A stretch of 64,000 nucleotides of DNA from an uncultured Candidatus Binatia bacterium (lineage in GTDB: Bacteria; Desulfobacterota; Binatia; UBA9968; JAJDTQ01), in the NCBI GenBank assembly GCA_965213675.1, contig OZ243916.1, positions 2,240,001-2,304,000 on the forward strand, written 5' to 3'. Positions within the stretch are counted from its first letter, which is position 1. The number at the start of each line of letters is the position of its first letter. A program made the translations under genes and the position numbers. This document shows, one piece after another, positions 38,151-48,809 of the stretch. Below the pieces are notes generated by a model that searched no databases, was not told where the DNA came from, and worked only from the letters and a program-made list of their open reading frames with translations.

Positions 38151-40559
38151 ATGAAGCTGACCTACAACTGGCTGATGGAGATGGTGGAGTTGCCTGCGGA
38201 TGCGGCTTCCCTCGGACCTGACGAAGTGGCCGGCCGTCTGACGCAGGCGGGCCTTGAGGTGGAAGCGGTCAGGCCGCTTGCCACCGACCTGGGGGCTGTC
38301 ATCGTCGAGATCAAGCAGGTCGAACCTCACCCCAACGCCGACCGGCTCTTGGTGTGCGAGGTCCATGCCGGCGGCGCGCCGCTTCACGTGGTGTGCGGCG
38401 CGCCCAATGTCCGCCCGGGCATGAAGTCCGCGTTCCTGCGCGCCGGCTCGGTATTGCCGTCGGGCCAGGCCATCGAGCGGCGCGCCATCCGCGGCGTTGC
38501 CTCCGAGGGAATGCTCTGCTCCGAGCGGGAGTTGGGGTTTTCCGACGACCACCAGGGCATCATGGATTTGCCCGCGGATGCGCCCGAGGGTGAGCCGGTG
38601 CGCGCGTACCTGGGGCTGGACGACTGGATGCTGGAGGTGGGCGTGACGCCCAATCGCGGCGACTGCCTGAGCATCCTGGGAATGGCGCGGGAAATCGCCG
38701 CCCTCACCGGCGGCCGGGTCAGGACTCCGGTCATTCCCGATCATCTGCGCGGGCACCCGGCGGAGTTGCCGGTGGCGGTGGAGATCGTCGATCCGGCTCG
38801 GTGTCCGCGCTATTCGGCCCGTCTCATCGAGGGCCTGCGGCCCGCGCCGTCGCCGCCGTGGCTGCGTTTCCGGTTGGAGGCCTGCGGCATCCGTTCCATC
38901 AACCACATCGTCGACGTCACCAACTACGTGATGCTGGAGACCGGCCAGCCGCTCCATGCCTTCGACGCGCGGCAGATCGCCAGCCGGCGGATCGTGGTGC
39001 GCACCGCTGGCCCGGCGCGCACGCTCACGACCCTGGACGGCTCCGAGCGAACGCTCCATCCCGACGATCTGCTCATCTGCGACGGGGACACCCCCGCCGC
39101 CCTGGCCGGTGTCATGGGTGGCGCAGGCTCGGAGGTCACCGAGGAGACCGAGTCGGTGCTGCTGGAAAGCGCCCACTTCGACCCACTGACCATCCGGCGC
39201 ACGGCCAAGCGCATGGGCATGCACACCGAGGCGTCCCATCGCTTCGAGCGCGGCGTGGACCCGGAAGGGACGCGGCGCGCCATGGACCGGGCGGTGGCGC
39301 TGTGGGAAGCCATGGGCGAGGCGCGGGTGGCGCCGGGGTACGCCGACGTGTATCCAGGGGCGCGGGCGCCGGCGGTGATCACGCTGCGTCATGCCAGCGT
39401 CGGGCGCGCCCTGGGGATGGAGCTGGCGCCGGAGCGCATCCGCGCCATCCTCGAGTCTCTCGGCATCAAGATCCACAGCGCCACGGCCGGCGCCCTGGAG
39501 GTGTCCGCACCCTCCTTTCGCTTCGACCTGACGCGGGAAGCCGACCTCGTGGAGGAACTGGCGCGCATCCACGGGTACGACAAGATGCCCGCAACGCTGC
39601 CCGCGGTGCGCATGGACGCGGGAGCGGACGACCCGTTGCTGCGCCTGATGCGCAAGACCCGAACGCTGCTCACCACCCAGGGGCTGAGCGAGGTGGTGAC
39701 CCTGCCCTTCTGCGCGCCGCGGATGAACGAAACGTTCACCGGCCTCTGGGACGGCGACGGCAGACCCGTGCGCATTGCCAATCCGTTGCGCCAGGAAACC
39801 GACGAGATGCGCCTCAGCCTGCTGCCAGGGCTGATCGGCAACCTGCGCGCCCATGCCGAACGCCGGAGCCAGAGCTCCATGATCTTCGAATTGAGCAAGG
39901 TATTCTCCCGCGGGCGTGACGGCGGCTACGCCGAGCGTTTGAACGTGGCCGGGCTCATACGCGGCCACCGGCCGCGACGCGGGCTCAGGGCGGAAAGCCC
40001 GGAGTTCGCGTTCGCCGACGCGAAGGGAATCGTCGAGGACCTGATCGAAGGCACCGGTGGCGCGGGTATTCGCTGGGGGGCCGCGGAACCACCGGCGAGC
40101 CTGCACCCGGAACGGTTCGCCAAGGTCATTGCGGAAGACATCCGCCTGGGTCACGTTGGGGAGCTAAGTCCGCGAGTTCGCGAGGAATTGGACCTGCCTC
40201 CCTGCTTCCTCTTCGAACTTGACTTCGCCCCGATGGTTCACTATGCTCGTGCGGATTTTCGCGTGAGGCCCATCCCTCGGTTTCCTTCGGTGGAGCGCGA
40301 CCTCGCCATCGTCGTGACTCGGAACTTTCCAAGTCAGACCGTGATCGACTGGGTCCACGGGCTGGCTCAGAAGCTCATCGAACGCGTGGAGGTGTTCGAC
40401 GAATACACGGGCGCGCCCATCGAAGAGGGCAGGAAGAGCTTGGCATACAAGGTCTTCTACCGGTCCGCAGAGAGAACCCTGACGGACGAGGAGGTCAACG
40501 GCGTGCACGAGGACCTCACCCGGACGCTGTGTTCCGAATTCGACGCCACGTTGCGCTGA
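38151..40559 (+). CDS. pheT: Phenylalanyl-tRNA synthetase beta subunit
   Basis: Motifs HPNADRL, VCGAPN, TPNRGDCLS, GQPLHAFD, FP.VERDLA, LTDEEV. Confidence 0.97.
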   Translation: MKLTYNWLMEMVELPADAASLGPDEVAGRLTQAGLEVEAVRPLATDLGAVIVEIKQVEPHPNADRLLVCEVHAGGAPLHVVCGAPNVRPGMKSAFLRAGSVLPSGQAIERRAIRGVASEGMLCSERELGFSDDHQGIMDLPADAPEGEPVRAYLGLDDWMLEVGVTPNRGDCLSILGMAREIAALTGGRVRTPVIPDHLRGHPAELPVAVEIVDPARCPRYSARLIEGLRPAPSPPWLRFRLEACGIRSINHIVDVTNYVMLETGQPLHAFDARQIASRRIVVRTAGPARTLTTLDGSERTLHPDDLLICDGDTPAALAGVMGGAGSEVTEETESVLLESAHFDPLTIRRTAKRMGMHTEASHRFERGVDPEGTRRAMDRAVALWEAMGEARVAPGYADVYPGARAPAVITLRHASVGRALGMELAPERIRAILESLGIKIHSATAGALEVSAPSFRFDLTREADLVEELARIHGYDKMPATLPAVRMDAGADDPLLRLMRKTRTLLTTQGLSEVVTLPFCAPRMNETFTGLWDGDGRPVRIANPLRQETDEMRLSLLPGLIGNLRAHAERRSQSSMIFELSKVFSRGRDGGYAERLNVAGLIRGHRPRRGLRAESPEFAFADAKGIVEDLIEGTGGAGIRWGAAEPPASLHPERFAKVIAEDIRLGHVGELSPRVREELDLPPCFLFELDFAPMVHYARADFRVRPIPRFPSVERDLAIVVTRNFPSQTVIDWVHGLAQKLIERVEVFDEYTGAPIEEGRKSLAYKVFYRSAERTLTDEEVNGVHEDLTRTLCSEFDATLR

Positions 40560-40593
40560 ACTGCTGACCCGCTCCGGCCGGCAGAGGATAGGG

Positions 40594-40911
40594 ATGACCA
40601 AGGCGGATATCATCAACCGGATTTACGAGAAGGTGGGTTTCTCCAAGAAGGAGGCCACCGATGTCGTCGAGGCCACGTTCGAAGTCATCAAGTCCCGGCT
40701 CGAGAAAGGGGACAAGGTCAAGATCTCCGGCTTCGGGAACTTCGTCATCCACGGCAAACAGCCGCGCAAGGGCCGCAACCCCCAGACCGGCGAGGAGATC
40801 ACCATCGCGGGCCGCCGGGTGCTCACCTTCAAACCCAGTCAGACCCTGAAGAAGAACATGAACACCGTTGCCGGCGACGACCCAGACCCGGACGACTCCA
40901 CCTGTTCGTGA
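40594..40911 (+). CDS. ihfA: Integration host factor alpha subunit
   Basis: MTKAD, VKISGFGNF, GRNPQTGE; canonical position after pheT. Confidence 0.93.
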   Translation: MTKADIINRIYEKVGFSKKEATDVVEATFEVIKSRLEKGDKVKISGFGNFVIHGKQPRKGRNPQTGEEITIAGRRVLTFKPSQTLKKNMNTVAGDDPDPDDSTCS

Positions 40912-40922
40912 TATGATCCGGT

Positions 40923-41267
40923 GTGATGGCCGTCTTGATCCCGGACAAGCACTACTTCAAGATCGGCGAGGTCAGTTCCCTGCTGGACCTCAAGCCGTAC
41001 GTGTTGCGCTATTGGGAAACCGAGTTCGACATCCTGAATCCCACCAAGGCGAAGTCCCGTCATCGTCTTTACCGGCGCAAGGACGTGGAATTGCTGCTGG
41101 AGATCAAGCGGCTCCTGCACGGCGAAGGCTACACCATCGAAGGCGCGCGCAAGAAACTCGGGCAGCGCGAAGGCGGCGAGCGCCAGCCAGAGCCGAACCC
41201 CGGCCAGAGACAGCAGCTTCTCCAGATCCGCGACGAACTCGTTTCACTCCGAGACATGATTTCCTGA
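40923..41267 (+). CDS. MerR-family HTH regulator
   Basis: IPDKHYFKIGEVS..VLRYWETEF..GYTIEGA; conserved gene after ihfA. Confidence 0.9.
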   Translation: MMAVLIPDKHYFKIGEVSSLLDLKPYVLRYWETEFDILNPTKAKSRHRLYRRKDVELLLEIKRLLHGEGYTIEGARKKLGQREGGERQPEPNPGQRQQLLQIRDELVSLRDMIS

Positions 41268-41363
41268 GGGCCGTCCGTGGCCCATTCCCTCGACGCCAGT
41301 GTCCTGATGAACCGTAGAATTGACCCGTTGACGCTTCAATGTTAAGAAAACTCGCAGCCGTGT

Positions 41364-41440
41364 CGGGGCGTAGCGCAGCCTGGTAGCGCACACGCTTGGG
41401 GTGCGTGTGGTCGCTGGTTCAAATCCAGTCGCCCCGACCA
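41364..41440 (+). tRNA. tRNA-Pro(GGG)
   Basis: Acceptor stem cggggcg/cgccccg plus ACCA; anticodon arm cacgc-TTGGGGT-gcgtg; GGTTCAAATCC. Confidence 0.95.
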
Positions 41441-41496
41441 TCCTTTCCGGGAACCTTGCAACCCGTGCCTTCACTTCAGTTCGATCCATGCGCTCA

Positions 41497-42168
41497 ATGG
41501 CCTTGAGTTCCAACAACCGTAGCGTCACCGCACTGGAGGGCGCCAGGGAGCGGATGGTACAGACCCAACTGCTTGACCGCGGCGTGAAGGACCCGCGCGT
41601 GATCCACGCCATGCGCAAGGTGCCGCGCCACTTGTTTGTGGAGCCGGCACTGGTGAACCGGGCCTACGACGACGACCCCTTGCCCATCGGCGCCAAACAG
41701 ACCATCTCGCAGCCCTATATCGTCGGGTACATGCTGCAGGCATTGAGTCTCAAGGGCACCGAGCGCGTCCTGGAGATCGGCACGGGATCAGCGTACCAGA
41801 CCGCCCTGCTGGCGGAGTTGTGCGCCAACGTGTTCTCCGTGGAGAAGCTGCGCGGCCTGGCAGTGCAGGGTCGCGCCGTGCTCGACGAGCTACGGTACTA
41901 CAACGTGGCCATCCACGTGGGCGACGGCACCCTCGGATGGTCCGAGCACGCCCCCTACGATGCCATCGTGGTAGCCGCGGGCGCACCCCGTGTGCCGGAG
42001 CCACTGGCCCAGCAACTCGCGTCCAGCGGCCGGCTCATTATTCCCATCGGCAGCCAAGCCTCCCAGGTCCTGAGGCTCGCAAGCCGCACGCCCAGCGGGC
42101 TCGACGAGAAGAGCCTTGGCGAGTGTCGCTTCGTCAAGCTTCTCGGGAAGTACGGCTGGCCTGGTTAG
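41497..42168 (+). CDS. pcm: Protein-L-isoaspartate O-methyltransferase
   Basis: Motifs VPRHLFV, QTISQPY, VLEIGTGS.YQ, GDG..GW..APYDAI; start uncertain. Confidence 0.92.
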   Translation: MALSSNNRSVTALEGARERMVQTQLLDRGVKDPRVIHAMRKVPRHLFVEPALVNRAYDDDPLPIGAKQTISQPYIVGYMLQALSLKGTERVLEIGTGSAYQTALLAELCANVFSVEKLRGLAVQGRAVLDELRYYNVAIHVGDGTLGWSEHAPYDAIVVAAGAPRVPEPLAQQLASSGRLIIPIGSQASQVLRLASRTPSGLDEKSLGECRFVKLLGKYGWPG

Positions 42169-42174
42169 CGCGAC

Positions 42175-43116
42175 GTGTTTGAAGTTCGTGTGCGAATGTT
42201 CGTAGACGACTCCGCTGGTTCCTGCCGCGCTCGTATCCGGGGCGCCGGCGCACTTCTTTGCCTCTACGCCATCCTGGCGGTCACGGGTTGCGCCTATTTC
42301 GACAAACCGGCCGGCGACCGCGGCGCTTACGGCAACCGTGCCGGGAACCTGCACGGTGCGGGGCGGACGCCACGCACCGGCGTCTTCCATGTCGTGAAAA
42401 AGGGCGAGAATCTCTACCGCATCGGCAAGGCCTACGGCGTGGACCACAAGACGCTGGCGCGCATCAACCACGTCACGGACACGCGCGACATCCAGATCGG
42501 GAGGCGGCTGTTCATCCCCGGCGCCCACCGGCTGCTGCCGGTGAAGATCATTACGCCCATCAAGGAGGCCGCTCCCGCCAGGGCCGCGGCGGCTCGGACG
42601 GCCGCCCCCTCCCAACCGGCGAGACCGGGCACGGCTCAGGCCATGGCCGTTCCGGCCAAGCCGTCTCACGCCCCGGCGGTTCGCCCGAAGGCCCAGCGAC
42701 CCAAGGCCGCCCCCACCACAGCGCGCCAACCGTCGAGGGCGTCCAGCCGGCAAGGCTTCGCGTGGCCCGTCAAGGGCAGGGTCACCGGCAAGTTCGATTC
42801 ACGACCCGACAGTCTCAACGACGGCATCAACATCGCCGCGCCACCGGGAACGCCGGTGCGAGCGACGCTGGCGGGACGAGTGATCTACAGCGACCAGTTG
42901 CGCGGCTACGGCAACCTGATCATCGTGCGTCACCCACGCGGCTACGCGTCGGTCTACGCTCACAACCGGAAAAACCTCGTGCGACAGGGCCAGAAGGTGA
43001 ACCGGCGGCAGGTCATCGCCGAGGTGGGCGCCACCGGCCGGGCCGCCACGTCCTACCTCCACTTCGAGATCCGCAGGAACAACGTGGCGCGGGACCCGCT
43101 TCCCTATTTGCCGTGA
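42175..43116 (+). CDS. LysM/M23 peptidase-family lipoprotein (NlpD-like)
   Basis: Lipobox VTGC; LysM HVVKKGENLYRI; Pro/Ala linker; WPV.G, GYGNLII, YAHN, LHFEIR. Start may be downstream. Confidence 0.88.
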   Translation: MFEVRVRMFVDDSAGSCRARIRGAGALLCLYAILAVTGCAYFDKPAGDRGAYGNRAGNLHGAGRTPRTGVFHVVKKGENLYRIGKAYGVDHKTLARINHVTDTRDIQIGRRLFIPGAHRLLPVKIITPIKEAAPARAAAARTAAPSQPARPGTAQAMAVPAKPSHAPAVRPKAQRPKAAPTTARQPSRASSRQGFAWPVKGRVTGKFDSRPDSLNDGINIAAPPGTPVRATLAGRVIYSDQLRGYGNLIIVRHPRGYASVYAHNRKNLVRQGQKVNRRQVIAEVGATGRAATSYLHFEIRRNNVARDPLPYLP

Positions 43117-43135
43117 CTGTGCTAGCCAAACCCGC

Positions 43136-43675
43136 ATGACCGCCCAGGAGAGCATCGCCGGGATCCGCGCCGCCATTCGCGACATTCATGACTTCCCCAA
43201 ACCCGGTATCGTCTTCAAGGACATCACTCCGCTGCTGAGCGACGGCGCCCTGTTTCGCAAGACCATCGACCTCTTTGCCGAACGCTATGAAGCCGCGCCC
43301 GTGGACACCATCGTGGGCGTGGAGTCCCGCGGTTTCATCATCGGCGCGGCGCTGGCCTACCGGCTGGGCAAGGGACTGTGCGTCATCCGCAAGCCCGGCA
43401 AGCTCCCTTACGACACGTTGCAGACCACCTACGAGCTGGAATACGGCACCGACACCCTGGAGGTGCACAGGGACGCGCTGGCGCCCGGCGCGCGCGCGCT
43501 GCTGGTGGACGACCTCGTCGCCACCGGGGGCACCGCCGTGGCCGCCACCGCCCTTGTGGCGCAACTCGGCGCCACGGTCTTCGAGCACGCGTGCATCATC
43601 GAACTGAGCTTCCTGAACCCACGCGAAAAGCTGGACCAGGAGCTGTTCTCGCTCGTCCGCTACGACTCGGACTAG
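43136..43675 (+). CDS. apt: Adenine phosphoribosyltransferase
   Basis: Motifs DFPKPGIVFKDIT, ESRGF, RKPGKLP, YELEYG, VDDLVATGGT. Confidence 0.96.
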   Translation: MTAQESIAGIRAAIRDIHDFPKPGIVFKDITPLLSDGALFRKTIDLFAERYEAAPVDTIVGVESRGFIIGAALAYRLGKGLCVIRKPGKLPYDTLQTTYELEYGTDTLEVHRDALAPGARALLVDDLVATGGTAVAATALVAQLGATVFEHACIIELSFLNPREKLDQELFSLVRYDSD

Positions 43676-43736
43676 CGCTCAAGACACCGCACATCCCCAC
43701 GCAACCCACCGTGATCCCCGCTTCCCGTTTCCTTGA

Positions 43737-45734
<1,998 letters not shown>

Positions 45735-45878
45735 ACAAGAACGGCGGGGGGACTGGCGCTCCGCCCGCACCGTGGCAGAATCGGAACGGGGGCAGGGGCC
45801 GAACTCATGACCCGCCCTTGCCCCGCATCACGTTATCGGCCGACGCAGCGCCGTGGCTGCCATCGGGATCGGCCCGCC

Positions 45879-46217
45879 TCAGAACAGCCTGCCGCCGTTG
45901 GGCACCGGGCGGTTGGGTTCGATCATCACCACCTCACCGTCGGCGTCGGGGAAGCCCAGCACGAGGATCTCGGAGCGGAACGGACCGATCTGCCTGGGCG
46001 GGAAGTTGACCACGGCGGCAACCTGCCGGCCCACCAATTCTTCCATGGTGTAGTGGTGGGTCACCTGGGCGGAACTCTTGCGCTCCCCGATGTCGGGGCC
46101 GAAATCCACGTACAGCTTGTAGGCCGGCTTGCGCGCCTCCGGAAAGGGCTCGACCCGCGTGATGGTGCCGGCGCGCACGTCAACCTTCAGAAAGTCATCG
46201 TAGCTGATCTGTCCCAT
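45879..46217 (-). CDS. csaA: CsaA/Trbp111 tRNA-binding protein / export chaperone
   Basis: Motifs DFLKVDVRAGTI, FPEARKPAYKL, KSSAQVT, VVNFPPRQIG, SEILVLG. Confidence 0.9.
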   Translation of the reverse strand: MGQISYDDFLKVDVRAGTITRVEPFPEARKPAYKLYVDFGPDIGERKSSAQVTHHYTMEELVGRQVAAVVNFPPRQIGPFRSEILVLGFPDADGEVVMIEPNRPVPNGGRLF

Positions 46218-46221
46218 GGGA

Positions 46222-46566
46222 TCAGAGGAGCGCCCGGAGGGCTGCCTCGTCGAAGCCGGCAACCTTGCGCTTGCCCTTGATGGTCACCGGGCGCCGCAAC
46301 AGGTTCTGGTCCTCCACCATCAAACGGATGGCCTCCTCCCGGCTTGGAGGGTTGGCCTTCATCTTCCGCTCCCGATAGAGCGCGGTCCGTGTGTTGAGAA
46401 AGTCCGTCACCGGCCCGGCACCGATGATGGCCTCCAACTCCTTCTCGGTCAACGGCTGCTTGCCGTACTCCCGCTCCTCCAACTCCGCCCCTTGTGATTG
46501 CAAGAAACTTCTTGCCTTGCGACAGGTGGTTCAGGTGTTCTTGTAATAGAATTTCAGCTTGGCCAT
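46222..46566 (-). CDS. ArsC/Spx-family thioredoxin-fold selenoprotein (UxxC), 114 aa
   Basis: ATG at 46566 gives MAKLKFYYKNT-TGA-TTCRKARSFL, continuing in frame into the ArsC-like ORF (..NLLRRPV..AGFDE). TGA at 46531-46533; SECIS-like hairpin at 46500-46515. Confidence 0.85.
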
Positions 46567-46687
46567 GGCCGTTTCCCTTTCTACCCGTCTCCCCGATTAC
46601 CTCGTATCCCGTGGGGAGGTCGTCCGTAAGGAAGTGGTTCCCTTTGGGTCTCCGTAGCAGCTTGGAAAGCGTACTCGAACCGGAGCT

Positions 46688-47197
46688 TCATGGTCCAATT
46701 TCCGCTTGGAGCCCGGGGGCAAGTTCGCCGGGGTTGATCCGCCCTTGTTGAACGGCCGCAACCAGAAGCCCCTTGACGCGTGCCCTCGTAAGGCGACGCC
46801 ACCGCTGGTCCTTGATCGCCGTCACGATGCGCTGAGCTACTTTACCGAGCCGGACGAGATCGAGCTTGCAGATATCGACATGCTGTTCGGATAAACCTGC
46901 GACCGGCGTTCGCCCTTCCGTAACCCTCAAGGTCTGGCCATCCGCCTCCAACTCCTCATCTACAAGCCACACGATATCCAGCTTATCGAGACGTTCTCCG
47001 GCAGCGGCGATGGCCAACGCGGCATCCCATATGTCCTTGTCCGAACCCGTGCGGCATCGCCAGAAGGACAGTGTGTCCCTTTGCGTTCGCAGGTCGCCGG
47101 TCACCGCGTCCGCCGCTATTTCTCCCGGTTCCAAACCTCGCTCGATATTCCGTTTCGCATCCCATTTCGCGAGAGCGATCTTCCGGACCAGGAACAT
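46688..47197 (-). CDS. Hypothetical protein, putative ADP-ribosyltransferase-fold toxin (CmdT-like)
   Basis: FLVRKI...KW, ADAVT.DLRT..TLSFW, G.TP....HVDI pattern recalled for CmdT-like toxins (unverified); starts 10 nt after upstream stop. Confidence 0.55.
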   Translation of the reverse strand: MFLVRKIALAKWDAKRNIERGLEPGEIAADAVTGDLRTQRDTLSFWRCRTGSDKDIWDAALAIAAAGERLDKLDIVWLVDEELEADGQTLRVTEGRTPVAGLSEQHVDICKLDLVRLGKVAQRIVTAIKDQRWRRLTRARVKGLLVAAVQQGRINPGELAPGLQAEIGP

Positions 47198-47206
47198 CGC
47201 CGCTGC

Positions 47207-47905
47207 CTACTCTACCAAGTCCTCGACGACATCCTCGATATAGGCGCGTAGCCAGGATACCTGCTCGACATGGCTAGACAGCACTGCTGGCATTTCCGGT
47301 CCCCCCCACGACTCCGCCGCCTGAACCGCGGCGTCTCTCATCTCCACATCGTCGGCTAAGAGCGCTGACTGCACGATTCCAACGCGCCACACGGAAGTCC
47401 CTGGCCGCCGTCTGCCCAAACACCGCAGAACCGACGCTGCCAAGACGGGACGCTCGACATCCACAGCCAACGACCCGAGCCATGCCAAGACACGCCCACC
47501 CTGTTCTGACTCTAATGCATCGCCGATGATCCGCTCCGCTGGATGATCGATTCCGTCTTCGAGTGGCTCGGCCTCAAACGCCATCGTCAGTCGGTCAACA
47601 AGGCGCGTCTGTTCGTGTATCTCTTCTTCAAGACACGCAAGATCAATGACAGCCGGGAACAGGCTCATCCCCAGCTTCGTGTGGAACAACTCGGAATCTG
47701 AGCGATCAACGACCAGTCGAAACCCAAACTCGGACAAGGCCCTTACTAGACGAGCTGGTTCCAACGATACGGCCATGGACTCTCTGCCGCCGCTTACCAC
47801 ATGCATCGACCCTTGTTTCCCTCCCGACGGATCCGCGTTCCGAACCAATTCAGGAAGAGACGGACGGCATGTGGACAACTCCGGCTCGTGGGATTCAACC
47901 AGCAT
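47207..47905 (-). CDS. Hypothetical protein with helical HEAT-like C-terminus (candidate antitoxin/partner)
   Basis: ATG overlaps the end of the upstream gene; acidic C-terminal DVEMRDAAVQAAESWGG..WLRAYIEDVVEDL; start uncertain. Confidence 0.65.
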   Translation of the reverse strand: MLVESHEPELSTCRPSLPELVRNADPSGGKQGSMHVVSGGRESMAVSLEPARLVRALSEFGFRLVVDRSDSELFHTKLGMSLFPAVIDLACLEEEIHEQTRLVDRLTMAFEAEPLEDGIDHPAERIIGDALESEQGGRVLAWLGSLAVDVERPVLAASVLRCLGRRRPGTSVWRVGIVQSALLADDVEMRDAAVQAAESWGGPEMPAVLSSHVEQVSWLRAYIEDVVEDLVE

Positions 47906-48680
47906 CAAACAGTTCCCTGGCTTTGTCAGTGACCACCGCCTCAAATGCCGATCCTGCCCGTTCATGCAGGTCATTGGCGATTTCCAACGTTCGCTCAGAT
48001 TCAATCTGCGCATCACCCCGCCAAATGACATCCAGATCGAGAAGGCATTTCACGGCGTCCGCCGGGGCTCCAATCAATCCAAGGGCCAACACAAGCCGCA
48101 CTCCATCGTCATACACGTACTCCACCCGGCTCAGGAAATTCGTGTAATCCTGTGGCAAGCCGCTCATCTCCAGATGCGCGCACTTGAGATACTCCTCGAC
48201 CCTGACTTGACTCCCTGGAATCGCGATCTGGTTAATGTAACGAACGCCGACCCGATTAATCCCGCTGGGTTCTGCCACCTTTCGGTACGCTTCCAACGCG
48301 GCTGTAATGCGAGGCGCAAACTCTTGCCATCCGCCTCCCTCCGTGTTCGACGGATCCTGGTAGGGGCGGAGCATATGAACGCTAAGGACGTCACGCCCGA
48401 CACCGACCAACCTCGTCCCATCTTTCGTCAAAAGTTGGACCTTCGCCAAACCTTCGTCATACTCCAAGTTGGCAGGCTTGCCTTCCTGGACTTGCAAACC
48501 CAACTGAACCATTTTCTGCTCTCTGGGTTTGCCGGAATACTCCTCGCCCAGCGCGGCCTGGAGCTTCCCGGGAATCGTGAGGTCCCAATCCGGTCCGGGC
48601 ACGAAGCGGAATTCACAGAGCGCCTCATTGACAGGCGGGTTCCGATAGCGTCGCCGTTGATTCACCGGTCCACTTCCCAA
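47895..48680 (-). CDS. TIGR04255-family protein
   Basis: YRNPPVNEALCEFRF N-terminus; PY..W.EF, RVGVRYINQI, LLDLDV, LH....AFE..VTD. Start may be GTG 48665. Confidence 0.8.
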   Translation of the reverse strand: MGSGPVNQRRRYRNPPVNEALCEFRFVPGPDWDLTIPGKLQAALGEEYSGKPREQKMVQLGLQVQEGKPANLEYDEGLAKVQLLTKDGTRLVGVGRDVLSVHMLRPYQDPSNTEGGGWQEFAPRITAALEAYRKVAEPSGINRVGVRYINQIAIPGSQVRVEEYLKCAHLEMSGLPQDYTNFLSRVEYVYDDGVRLVLALGLIGAPADAVKCLLDLDVIWRGDAQIESERTLEIANDLHERAGSAFEAVVTDKARELFDAG

Positions 48681-48809
48681 ATCGATTGCCGTGACTGAAG
48701 GATTCGGCCGTCCGCATGGCCGCGTCCGTCCCGAATAGCAGCCACCCCGTCACCGAGTGTCGGAAGGTCGCCCCTCGTTTGACACATGTGTCGAAGTGAC
48801 CCCGACCCA

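Noticed and set aside
41401-41496. N-terminal extension of pcm in ORF track
   Set aside because: It overlaps tRNA-Pro; the true start is downstream.
46567-48809. att sites or IS ends flanking the three-gene insertion
   Set aside because: No direct or inverted terminal repeats found by eye, and no integrase or transposase.
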